Origin: an uncultured virus (IMG/VR IMGVR_UViG_3300025168_000066)
Lineage: Duplodnaviria > Heunggongvirae > Uroviricota > Caudoviricetes
Length of the DNA stretch: 20,000 bases
Virus record (IMG/VR): IMGVR_UViG_3300025168_000066
Direction: 5' to 3' (one strand)
In this document: one piece after another, positions 6,939-15,572 of the stretch
How the letters are laid out: each line of letters starts with the position of its first letter
Position numbering within the stretch: position 1 is the stretch's first letter
The notes under the pieces: model-generated
The model's database searches: none
What the model saw: only the letters and a program-made list of their open reading frames with translations
Told to the model about the DNA's origin: nothing
Translations under genes and position numbers: made by a program

Positions 6939-9900
6939 TTATATTTCTAATCCGTTAATTCCATCTATTGGTAATCCTCCTCTTTTAGTTTTATTTTGAT
7001 TAACAGCTCTAGAAGTTTGGATTACATCGTCATTTACAATATTACAATCTACACAAAAGCTAGTTACAAATGTATTAAATTTATCTAAATAATTGATATT
7101 ATTATGAAACGAAGTTATTTGAGCGTTTGATACACACTGTTGCCAATGTCCAGATTTTGCTCCTTGTGATGTTTCTGGATTCCAACATCCATTTGTACAA
7201 GAAACAGGAGCTGGTGTTACTTCATAAATTAATCCACTTGGCATTTTAATTACATCTCCTGAAAATAATATTGTTGATGGTACAAAAAATAAAGCTGGAT
7301 TTGTTATTGTAGTTCCTTGACCTGTTGTTATACTAGATCCTGGAGCACCTTGATCGTTTAATCCTGTTGAAGGTCCTCCTGTTACCCAGTTAGTATTACA
7401 AGTAGGAAGATTACTTGCTGTTGAGTTTGTTCCACTATCAGCACAATTGTAAATACAACTACTTCCTCTTTTACTTACAAGATATTCTATTAATAATACT
7501 TTCCAAGAATTTAATACAGAACAGTCATCTGCTTGCCCTGTAACTAGTTTATTGTAATATCTAAATCCATTTTTAGCTACACAAGCTTGTAATAAATCTA
7601 TTAAATCATTTGTGTTAGCAGGAATACAAGGATTTGCTATAACTGGGTATACACATGATCCATCATCTGTAGATGCGTTTGGATTAAAATTTAATGCGTT
7701 TGGATCTGTACAACCTGGATATAAACAAGACCCATCATCTAATACTGCAGTTGGATCAAAGTTTGTTGCATTAGGATCTGTACAACCACAATTTGCAGCA
7801 TTACTTCCTATTGAAAAATTTACTGTCTCTTCACACCCGTAGTTATCTGTAATTGTAAAGTAATAAACTCCTGGTAAAAACAATGAGTATGTATATGTGT
7901 TAAAATGATTAGGAGAATTAGCATTACTATGTACTGTTGGGTCTGCATATATTAATACTCCTGCATTAGTGTAATATGAAATAGTTTTACTTTGACCTGC
8001 CATTATTCCTTGTTGGAAAAATGTAGTAACTGTTATACTTCCATCAGGATTTGATCCTCCACAATTACCTGTAGCATCTGTAGTTACAAAAGTACTTGGA
8101 GTTCCTTGATTTTGTTGACTACATGGATAAAAACAACATCCATCATCTATTGTTGCTACTACTGTTTGATTTGCACAATTTTTATTGTAGTTATGTGCAG
8201 TAGGATCAGTACAACCTAAAACTCCATATATACATGAACCATCGTCTATAGTAGCTGCAGGATTATAATTTGAAGCAGTTGGGTCAGTACATCCATAAAT
8301 TGGAGCAGTACATGAACCATCATCACAAGTAGCTAATGGATTATAGTTAGTAGCTAAAGGATCCATACATCCGTAAATACAAAATATACAAGAACCGTCA
8401 TCACAAGTTGCAGCAGGATTATAGTTTAAAGCTAAAGAATCTGTACAGCCATAAATTGCACTAGTAATAGTAATAATAGCACTAGTTACTGTACAAGTAC
8501 CTGCACCAATATAATCTGATGTTAATGTTACTCTGTAGTTTCCATCATCGATAAAACTAGTTGGATTAATAAAAGAAGATTGTGTGTAAGTGTGCGTATG
8601 AGTTGGTGATGTTGGAGTTAAACTGTTTGTGTTTATTACTACCCAATTAGTACCATCAAAATATTCTAAATCCCATCTTATAAAAGCAGGTTGTGGAGTA
8701 CAGTTAATGCTTGTTACTATCTGATTAATATTACATAATCCTGCATTTGGATTTGTTAAAACAGGGGGATCACAACAAAAATTATTTATTACTGAACAAA
8801 GAGATGGATTTGGATGCCATAATCTAGGATCTGTAATAACTAATGTACCAGGAGGATTATTTGTATCTGTAACAGCTGTTGCAAAATTACCACTTTGATC
8901 TACACATACTTCAATTGGTATTATAAAATAAAATACTTGGAAACAATCTTCTACTTCTACTACAGCATCTGGATCACTAACTGCAACTTGTACAGCAAAA
9001 TATCCATAGTTTAAATTTGCTCCAGTAGTAGTTGTATTAAATGTAGTTGTCCATCCTAAATTATTATTATTAAGAGCTGCAGCATGTGCTGTAAAATTAG
9101 TTAAATCATTTGGAATAAGACTACTTTGAGCATTATCCCAATCAATCATACTATTTGCTTCAAAAAGTCTTAAAGTAAAATCTACATTAACAACTCCACT
9201 AGAATTAACAATATCATTTACATAATTTTGAAAATTTAAAGTTGGGGATACATTTTGTATTAGTACAGATCCATCATTAGAATTTGTTCTTTGTGTAGGT
9301 GTTGCAACAAATGAATTTACCCCAGCTACTGCTATATCTCCAGCAGTAGGAATAACATTACCACTAGAATCAATTAAAGTTCCATTAGATGCATGACAAT
9401 ATTCACATGAACCATCATCTATAACTGCATTTGCATTATAATTTAAAGCTACTCCACCATTTGTATTTGCAGTATTATCTGTACATCCTATAGCTCCTAC
9501 TCCATCTTGAACACAAACATCTATTGAATCAAAACAAGGTGTTGTTGTTCCTGATGCATTTGCACTTTCATCATACACATATATTCTATAACATCCTGCT
9601 ACTAATCCAGTACTAAACGCTCCATTAACTGTACTTGCAGGAACTAATATATTTGTATTACCTCCAACTGTTACATTTAAAGCATTACTACCAGCAAATG
9701 CTGTATTTTGAGGAGTTGTTACATTGTCTTGAGCTAAATTAATTCCAAACCCATATGTAAAAGTTCCTCCTCCTGCCCCAGTATTACTTCCTCCTGGAAG
9801 ACCACTTACACCACAAACTACAGTTCCTGAGCCTAAACCTCCAATAGTTTGACCATTTAAAGCTTGAATAACATATGTGTATTTTGCATTTCCTGTAAGA

Positions 9901-11483
9901 TTTCCAAGACTATCATATAAAGTAACTTGTATTGATCCATCAGTTCCTCCTAAAGTACTTGCGTGATTAACAAAATCTAAACTTAAAGTTAAATTATTAC
10001 AATCTGTACAACAAGATCCAGTATTCCAATTAGCTAATTGAGGATTAGTAATATAATTAACTCCATTAACATTTGTTAAATCCGTACTTATACAATCTAC
10101 ATATGTATATCCATAATAATCAGATGATGCTGGATCTAAACAAGCATCAAATGATACAGGGGGTGGAGGTGCTGAAGCACAGTTAGGTGTATTTTCTGCA
10201 TAAATATGTACTGAACCAAATCTAAACATATTACCTCCTCCTTGGTAAGGATTAAGAACTTGAGTAATATTTTGCCATGGCAAAACTGAAATACTATTTG
10301 CTACATAGTCATAAGCGTTACCTGTTATATTTAATTTTAACCAGTCAACTGGAGCAAGTGGTCCAATTGTTTGTCCATTATTAAGATTACCTATAATTCC
10401 TTTATAGTGTTGTTCTCCTGTTACATTTTCTGCAGGTGATCCTATAGCTCCAAATGAAAATGGATTATCATTTGTATCATAACTAAAATCATAATATCTA
10501 TAATTATTCCAAACATCATTAAATACATATCCTTCAGGATGAGTTGGTTGAATATCTACATGCCCAGGCATATTATATGCACCGTTAGGAATTACTTCTT
10601 TAAAAAATCCTGTAAATGCATAAGGATTATGACTGTTACCCGAGTATGTTACGTAGTTTAAAGATTGAGAAGTTAAAGTAGGGCCACCAATTGTAGCACT
10701 ATCTCCTTCACATGCATCAACTCTAGTATTATCTACATAAGTTTGATGATTTGAATACCCCATATCTAAATATGCAGCACCTGGAAGAAGTACATCAAAT
10801 TCTTTTTCGTCTCCACTAGACCAAGTAACTCTTATTCTACGATAAAATGCAAACTCTGGTAAAGCTGAAGAATTATTTTCATACTCAATATAATATCTAT
10901 TAGTACCTACATTACTACTAATTGATAAGCTTTGTCCAAAAGCAAGTGCTAAAGTTTTATTTTGAAATCCATCATCATAATTTAATCCAACTGGTAAATT
11001 ATAAAAAGTATTACCAGGAAGTACTGTTCCTTGAGGGTCTGTAAAATATGGGGCTCCTTGTCCTGGAGCTGTTACATCTTCTAAAGCTACTACTTGATCA
11101 AAAAATTGATTAATTACAAGAGATCCTGTATTAAAATCTTCGTCAAGTACATATTCATTAACATAAATTCTTATAAATGCTTGAGATCCACTTGACATGT
11201 GCGGACCTGCATGAAGATGTATATGCTTAGATGAATTTAAAGGGGGAGGTGCACCAAATGATTGGCTAAATCTCCCTAAAGTAGTTTGATTAGGATTACC
11301 TACATAAGGTTGTACTCGTAAGTATCTTTCTCCAGTACCCCTTACTGCTGTTCTTTCTGAGCCAGTATTTGTGTTTGTGTCTTGTGACGAAGAAGATGCT
11401 TGTTTGTTTTCTGCACTTTCACTACTTCCTACTGCCTCACCAGCCCCTTCACCACCACCTGACTCTTCTCTTGATGCACTCAT
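6939..11483 (-). CDS. Giant adhesin-like virion protein with SprB-like domains, GCTD/DDGSC repeats and a C-terminal helical Cys-containing (tail-hub-like) domain
   Basis: 1514 aa, no signal peptide, disordered N-terminus. Seven GC[TM]D...NY/F...DDG[SC]C repeats. SprB-like motifs ASTLGGTDGSIQVT, PTQRTNSNDGSVLI and DATGNCGGSNPDGSITVT...PGVYYFTITDNYGC. Confidence 0.78.
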   Translation of the reverse strand: MSASREESGGGEGAGEAVGSSESAENKQASSSSQDTNTNTGSERTAVRGTGERYLRVQPYVGNPNQTTLGRFSQSFGAPPPLNSSKHIHLHAGPHMSSGSQAFIRIYVNEYVLDEDFNTGSLVINQFFDQVVALEDVTAPGQGAPYFTDPQGTVLPGNTFYNLPVGLNYDDGFQNKTLALAFGQSLSISSNVGTNRYYIEYENNSSALPEFAFYRRIRVTWSSGDEKEFDVLLPGAAYLDMGYSNHQTYVDNTRVDACEGDSATIGGPTLTSQSLNYVTYSGNSHNPYAFTGFFKEVIPNGAYNMPGHVDIQPTHPEGYVFNDVWNNYRYYDFSYDTNDNPFSFGAIGSPAENVTGEQHYKGIIGNLNNGQTIGPLAPVDWLKLNITGNAYDYVANSISVLPWQNITQVLNPYQGGGNMFRFGSVHIYAENTPNCASAPPPPVSFDACLDPASSDYYGYTYVDCISTDLTNVNGVNYITNPQLANWNTGSCCTDCNNLTLSLDFVNHASTLGGTDGSIQVTLYDSLGNLTGNAKYTYVIQALNGQTIGGLGSGTVVCGVSGLPGGSNTGAGGGTFTYGFGINLAQDNVTTPQNTAFAGSNALNVTVGGNTNILVPASTVNGAFSTGLVAGCYRIYVYDESANASGTTTPCFDSIDVCVQDGVGAIGCTDNTANTNGGVALNYNANAVIDDGSCEYCHASNGTLIDSSGNVIPTAGDIAVAGVNSFVATPTQRTNSNDGSVLIQNVSPTLNFQNYVNDIVNSSGVVNVDFTLRLFEANSMIDWDNAQSSLIPNDLTNFTAHAAALNNNNLGWTTTFNTTTTGANLNYGYFAVQVAVSDPDAVVEVEDCFQVFYFIIPIEVCVDQSGNFATAVTDTNNPPGTLVITDPRLWHPNPSLCSVINNFCCDPPVLTNPNAGLCNINQIVTSINCTPQPAFIRWDLEYFDGTNWVVINTNSLTPTSPTHTHTYTQSSFINPTSFIDDGNYRVTLTSDYIGAGTCTVTSAIITITSAIYGCTDSLALNYNPAATCDDGSCIFCIYGCMDPLATNYNPLATCDDGSCTAPIYGCTDPTASNYNPAATIDDGSCIYGVLGCTDPTAHNYNKNCANQTVVATIDDGCCFYPCSQQNQGTPSTFVTTDATGNCGGSNPDGSITVTTFFQQGIMAGQSKTISYYTNAGVLIYADPTVHSNANSPNHFNTYTYSLFLPGVYYFTITDNYGCEETVNFSIGSNAANCGCTDPNATNFDPTAVLDDGSCLYPGCTDPNALNFNPNASTDDGSCVYPVIANPCIPANTNDLIDLLQACVAKNGFRYYNKLVTGQADDCSVLNSWKVLLIEYLVSKRGSSCIYNCADSGTNSTASNLPTCNTNWVTGGPSTGLNDQGAPGSSITTGQGTTITNPALFFVPSTILFSGDVIKMPSGLIYEVTPAPVSCTNGCWNPETSQGAKSGHWQQCVSNAQITSFHNNINYLDKFNTFVTSFCVDCNIVNDDVIQTSRAVNQNKTKRGGLPIDGINGLEI
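7653..8450 (-). repeat. GCTD/DDGSC repeat blocks (4 copies at 8133-8450, 2 copies at 7653-7787) flanking a SprB-like domain
   Basis: GCTDSLALNYNPAATCDDGSC, GCMDPLATNYNPLATCDDGSC, GCTDPTASNYNPAATIDDGSC, GCTDPTAHNYNKNC..DDGCC, GCTDPNATNFDPTAVLDDGSC, GCTDPNALNFNPNASTDDGSC; one more copy near 9405-9490. Confidence 0.92.
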
Positions 11484-11536
11484 ATTATTTTATTTTGTCA
11501 TAAAGTTTTAAAAGTAATATACACATGTTTTATTCT

Positions 11537-12067
11537 TTAGCAGTCACACCCGCAACTATTATCACATACTTCTCTTGCTTTAGTATATTTATTATGTGCA
11601 TCTGTTATATAACCTGTCATTAAAGTTAGGTTAAGATAATTATTTGCTTCATTAACTGCATACTCAGCTGCTTTTAATAACAGCATAACTTTTTGAGCTT
11701 TTGCTAATGTTTTAGAACATCTTGCACAATCACAAGCACAATCAATTAATTCATTTGTTAATTTAGCTAGACAGCAATCAATATCACAATTTAGTATTGT
11801 AGTTTGTCTGTCTTTCTCTGCTCCATTAATGTAGGAGACTACGGTCATAACACCTCTAGTTTGTGTTAAAGCTGTTACAAATATAGGTATACTAAGAACA
11901 CCACTTGTAGCAGTAACGTTAAAAGAAGGAGATGTTATATTTAAGATATTATTTCCTTGTGCATCTAAAACAGCAAATGTTAAAGCTGTAGTAGTACTAG
12001 CACTGTAATAATCTGCAATAACATTTATTTGATTGCAAGAATTATCTGCGGATATTTGTAAGCCCAT
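11537..12067 (-). CDS. Cys-rich structural protein, possible tail hub (fibre-docking) protein
   Basis: N-terminal beta-sandwich-like half and C-terminal helical hairpin with 11 Cys (CDIDCC, CACDCARC, CDNSCGCDC). Position after the auxiliary capsid genes matches crAss tail hub genes as I recall them. Confidence 0.55.
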   Translation of the reverse strand: MGLQISADNSCNQINVIADYYSASTTTALTFAVLDAQGNNILNITSPSFNVTATSGVLSIPIFVTALTQTRGVMTVVSYINGAEKDRQTTILNCDIDCCLAKLTNELIDCACDCARCSKTLAKAQKVMLLLKAAEYAVNEANNYLNLTLMTGYITDAHNKYTKAREVCDNSCGCDC

Positions 12068-12088
12068 AGTTTATTTTATTTAAATATG

Positions 12089-12129
12089 AAAAAAAAGACC
12101 AGCAGGGGGATAATTCCCCCTGATAGTCT
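12089..12129 (-). terminator. Rho-independent terminator after the capsid-accessory genes
   Basis: Minus strand AGACTA-T-CAGGGGGA-ATTA-TCCCCCTG-C-TGGTCT followed by a T run (8 T including the last stem base). Confidence 0.9.
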
Positions 12130-12144
12130 AATTAAAATTTATTA

Positions 12145-12522
12145 CTAAGCTGAAATATCAGACTGGTAATATGTTATGTAGATTTCGATAACACCAGCTG
12201 TTAAAGCCGCTGTTCCAACTACAAGTTGTATTGCTCCATTAGCAGTAGTTTTATCTGCTACAGCGGTAACTGTAACTTTTTCATCTGCTAAAGATGCATG
12301 GTTAAAAGCTTGAGAACTAACTACTGTTAAACCACCTGCTTTAAATACACAAGTTGCTGAACCACCACTTGTACAAGCTGTAGTACATACTGTCATTGCG
12401 TCAACAATAATTGCATTTGCAGGAATAACTTCACCACTTGCTGGAGTAATTGTTCCAACTGCTCCTCCGTCTGCTGCAAAATCATATACTGCTTTTGCTG
12501 TTACTAAATTTGGATATGCCAT
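12145..12522 (-). CDS. Small beta-sandwich capsid decoration/cement-like protein
   Basis: 125 aa, Ala/Thr/Gly/Val-rich. YDFAADGGA, IPANAIIVDA and ALTAGVIEIYITY resemble phage decoration proteins. Lies just upstream of the terminator. Confidence 0.55.
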   Translation of the reverse strand: MAYPNLVTAKAVYDFAADGGAVGTITPASGEVIPANAIIVDAMTVCTTACTSGGSATCVFKAGGLTVVSSQAFNHASLADEKVTVTAVADKTTANGAIQLVVGTAALTAGVIEIYITYYQSDISA

Positions 12523-12548
12523 TTTCTTTTTATTTTTTTATATTAATA

Positions 12549-13472
12549 TTATAGGTTAACTGGTCCAAAATTAGCTGAAGATAAATACCCGTTTATTTGA
12601 GATTCAAATAAATTTGTAATAGCTGCTGTAGTTGGATCCATTGCAATGTTTACTTCAATTAAGTTATCAACTCCGTGAATCTGTGAAGCTGAAGAACCAT
12701 CTTTAGTAGCTGCAATAGTATACATGTCGTATGCTGTTGCTGTTACAGAAGTATCTGCAGGAGTATTTGGAAGGTGCCCTCTCATGTAGTATCCGTATTG
12801 GTTACCTTTTTGATCGTCTTCCATTTTTCTTACATAAAAACCATCACCAGTTCCTTGAGATCCAGGTGTACTAGAAGAGAAAACATTAACAGTTCCGTTA
12901 GAACCATCCATATTATCTGCTCCTCTCATTTCAACTAATTCTTCTTGAACTGATCCGTCTGCTTTTACTTCGCCTTTTTTGTAACCTGTAATACCAATGT
13001 TAGTACCACCGTTAGTTATAGACTTTACCCAATGAGGTAAATCAGCGTTGATAGCTGCTGTAAAAAGTACACATTGAGCTGTTGTATTCATAGTTGCTGT
13101 AACAGCAATTTCATATGATTTCATTTCAAATGGCTCAGCACCATTAGTCATGTTGATTAACTTAATCTCGTGAGTACCTACTGCTGTAGCACTTGTTGTT
13201 AATGCCATGTCAAATACTTGCGCTGTTTGAGCCGCTGCACTTCTACCACTCCAGTTAATTACGTCTTTACCATAGATCCAAGGACTTACGATATTCTTTG
13301 TAGCAGTTCCCTGCACAATTCTAAATTGTGTTGAACTTGCTATTGTGTCTCCAGGAACCATACTTGTTGGTCCTGTTGCACTTAGTTTTTGGACATCAAT
13401 TGCTTTATCTGCTAATACACCTGCTGTGTATGCATTTGCAACGTCGTTTCCAATGTATAAATGTCTTGCCAT
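12549..13472 (-). CDS. Putative auxiliary capsid (stabilisation) protein
   Basis: 307-aa Thr/Ala-rich ORF. PGSQGTGDG..VRKME...GNQYG and ATAYDMYTI motifs, plus position after the ring gene, resemble crAss-like auxiliary capsid proteins. Confidence 0.62.
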   Translation of the reverse strand: MARHLYIGNDVANAYTAGVLADKAIDVQKLSATGPTSMVPGDTIASSTQFRIVQGTATKNIVSPWIYGKDVINWSGRSAAAQTAQVFDMALTTSATAVGTHEIKLINMTNGAEPFEMKSYEIAVTATMNTTAQCVLFTAAINADLPHWVKSITNGGTNIGITGYKKGEVKADGSVQEELVEMRGADNMDGSNGTVNVFSSSTPGSQGTGDGFYVRKMEDDQKGNQYGYYMRGHLPNTPADTSVTATAYDMYTIAATKDGSSASQIHGVDNLIEVNIAMDPTTAAITNLFESQINGYLSSANFGPVNL

Positions 13473-13493
13473 TTTTTTAATTTTTTAAATTAT

Positions 13494-14609
13494 TTATTCA
13501 TTTTTGTTTACCTCTATTTGATGATTCTGATACCTTGGATCTGCTATCCCTTCGAGTATACTGCTCACAGTCATGTCCACTATCTCTTGATGACAATGTT
13601 CGGGTAATTCACAACTAATCCCCAAAGATAATGAAATCTTAGAGGGTTTTCTTATATATGTTATTTTCACTGCGTCTATTATAAATATATCATTCGTATA
13701 AAAATCTATTGCATTTCCACGTATGGTATATAAAGGGTCTGTATATTTTGTTGTATTAAAAGGATCTAACAATAAAGTAAATATATCATCATGTTGAATA
13801 AATTTACTACTTGATGAAACTTCTGTTGGATCTTGTAAAGTTCTTTTAGCTCCAAGAAATGCTTGAGAATATTGTAAACTTGCACTTCCTGCTATTGTTC
13901 CTGAATTCATGTTAGCTAATGCTGATACTGGTCCTACTGAAAAGTCCCAATTTAACCAAGGATGTACATCTGGATTTGGAATTACAATAAAACTTCCTGG
14001 GTAATTTAAATCTCCATATTGTTCCCAATATATTTGAAAACCTATTCCTGGGTATTGTATAATATCTTCTCTAACTGCATTTATATCTTGAGGATAAGTA
14101 TATCCATTATCATTTTGCCATAATACAGCTTGACCTAAAGTAAGGTTACTAGAATCTTCAAGCATTACAAGTGAAGGTGCTATTACGTTATTAAGTACAA
14201 CAAGAGAAAAAGGTAGAACAAAAAATTGTATTGGCTCTGCTTCTTCTAAATCAAATGATACAGGAGTACAATTATCATTAATATGTGCTCTTGACAATGT
14301 GCTTACTAAATATAAATAGTCATAAGGCAAAGTAAAAGTATCTACATTAAATCTATTCCCTAGTTCTTCTTTGTAATTTACCGGGGCTTCATATTCTCTA
14401 ACTAAAGATCTTAAATCATCAATTCTTTTTTGACTCTCTTCAAATCCTTTTCTATACTTATTATTTTTACCATACTTAGTATTAATAAATCTCATTTGAG
14501 ACTTATTTAATTCAATATCTATTTCTTGCGGTAAAAGCATATCAGCTTGGAGTGAATTTATTTTATCCACTCCTTGCTGTATTGCCAAATGCATTTCGTT
14601 TACATTCAT
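13494..14609 (-). CDS. Tail ring / tubular protein (P22 gp4-like, crAss-type) with an internal insertion
   Basis: N-terminal EIDIELNKSQMRFI..GFEESQKRIDDLRSLV..LPYDYLYLV and C-terminal DPF..ITYIRKP..CELPEHCHQEIVDMTV are characteristic of crAss-like ring proteins. Confidence 0.8.
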   Translation of the reverse strand: MNVNEMHLAIQQGVDKINSLQADMLLPQEIDIELNKSQMRFINTKYGKNNKYRKGFEESQKRIDDLRSLVREYEAPVNYKEELGNRFNVDTFTLPYDYLYLVSTLSRAHINDNCTPVSFDLEEAEPIQFFVLPFSLVVLNNVIAPSLVMLEDSSNLTLGQAVLWQNDNGYTYPQDINAVREDIIQYPGIGFQIYWEQYGDLNYPGSFIVIPNPDVHPWLNWDFSVGPVSALANMNSGTIAGSASLQYSQAFLGAKRTLQDPTEVSSSSKFIQHDDIFTLLLDPFNTTKYTDPLYTIRGNAIDFYTNDIFIIDAVKITYIRKPSKISLSLGISCELPEHCHQEIVDMTVSSILEGIADPRYQNHQIEVNKNE

Positions 14610-14610
14610 A

Positions 14611-15423
14611 TTATACTAATGCTAGTTCTTTTAGTTTAGCTCTTAATAATGTTAATTTACCAGAATTCTTTTTATCTTTTAGATAAATAACAGTATCATC
14701 TGTTGTGTCTCCAAGTATTTCATCAATAAAAATAATCTGATTTCCTATTTTTCTTAAAACTCCTGCTGATACCATTTCTTCGATTTCAGATTTTAGTTCT
14801 AAATGTTTATCTGTAACTATTCTAACAAATTTCTTTGGGTTAGAATTTTTAAATTCATATAAAGAATTTTCAATTTGTTCTAATGTCATTCTATCAGGAT
14901 TAGTATTAGCCATTAATCTTAATACTCTCTTCATAGATTTTTCATTAGATGAAACTTTAATAAATTCTTTGTCTGCATCTTTCTTAAGTTGAATTTCATT
15001 ATTCTTAACTTTATCATCTCGTGTAAGGTCTTGAATATAAAATCTTTTTTGAAAATCAGAATCCATTTCTTCTTTAGTCATTCCTACATGCGGATGTTTT
15101 AATGCAAACCTATATTTAATATAATCCATTATACTAATAGGAAAGTCATTTTCATCCATACCTATTTCCAGTTCTACTCCTGTAAATCCTACAGGTATTG
15201 TCATTTCTGCCCAATATTGTTTAGAATGTTTTGGCCAATCATTGTGCTCTGGATTAACATCTAATATTCCTAACATATATTTTTTTTCTTCTTCGGGAGT
15301 AAATCCTTTTAAGGGTTGTCTATTTACATAAACACTACTGAGTTTATATATAGCCTCAGCTCTTACTGCTTTAGGCAAATGGTTTAATAATTCCTTTTGT
15401 CTAATTGTTACTTTTTTGCTCAT
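14611..15423 (-). CDS. Conserved crAss-like protein encoded immediately downstream of the MCP
   Basis: 270 aa, basic and helical. Motifs YW..IPV, DYIKYRFALKHP, FYIQD, NPKKF, AGVLRK and YLKDKKN, plus synteny with the post-MCP gene of crAss-like phages. Confidence 0.7.
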   Translation of the reverse strand: MSKKVTIRQKELLNHLPKAVRAEAIYKLSSVYVNRQPLKGFTPEEEKKYMLGILDVNPEHNDWPKHSKQYWAEMTIPVGFTGVELEIGMDENDFPISIMDYIKYRFALKHPHVGMTKEEMDSDFQKRFYIQDLTRDDKVKNNEIQLKKDADKEFIKVSSNEKSMKRVLRLMANTNPDRMTLEQIENSLYEFKNSNPKKFVRIVTDKHLELKSEIEEMVSAGVLRKIGNQIIFIDEILGDTTDDTVIYLKDKKNSGKLTLLRAKLKELALV

Positions 15424-15450
15424 TTCAGTTCTTTTTTAAAGGTTAAGTTT

Positions 15451-15486
15451 GTTAGGAATAAAAGAATAACTCTCCTAACAGAGTTA
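15451..15486 (-). promoter_or_regulatory. Predicted H-type RNA pseudoknot in the leader of the post-MCP gene
   Basis: UAACUC-U-GUUAGGA-GAGUUA-UUCUUUUAU-UCCUAAC: S1 6 bp, L1 1 nt, S2 7 bp, L2 0 nt, L3 9 nt, all Watson-Crick. Ends 27 nt before the ATG at 15423. Confidence 0.62.
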
Positions 15487-15492
15487 GATTTT

Positions 15493-15534
15493 AAAATTAA
15501 AGCTATGGGGGATTGCTCCCCCACAACCTTAATC
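15493..15534 (-). terminator. Strong GNRA-loop hairpin after the MCP gene (leaky terminator or mRNA-stabilising stem)
   Basis: AAGGTTGTGGGGGA-GCAA-TCCCCCATAGCTTT forms 14 bp including G-U pairs, extendable to 18. It is followed by an imperfect U tract (TTTAATTTT). G-U pairs indicate minus-strand RNA. Confidence 0.75.
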
Positions 15535-15572
15535 AAAAACCAATATATAGACGCAAATTAATGCCTATAAAA

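Noticed and set aside
1..8450. Periodic DNA similarity that could suggest a CRISPR array or DGR template/variable repeats
   Set aside because: The repeats are in-frame, degenerate at synonymous sites and explained by protein repeats. There are no identical repeats with spacers, no adenine-specific pattern that I could see and no reverse transcriptase in the window.
11489..11500. Mini-ORF ATG ACA AAA TAA just upstream of the 1514-aa gene
   Set aside because: Three codons in AT-rich DNA are expected by chance, and there is no supporting evidence.
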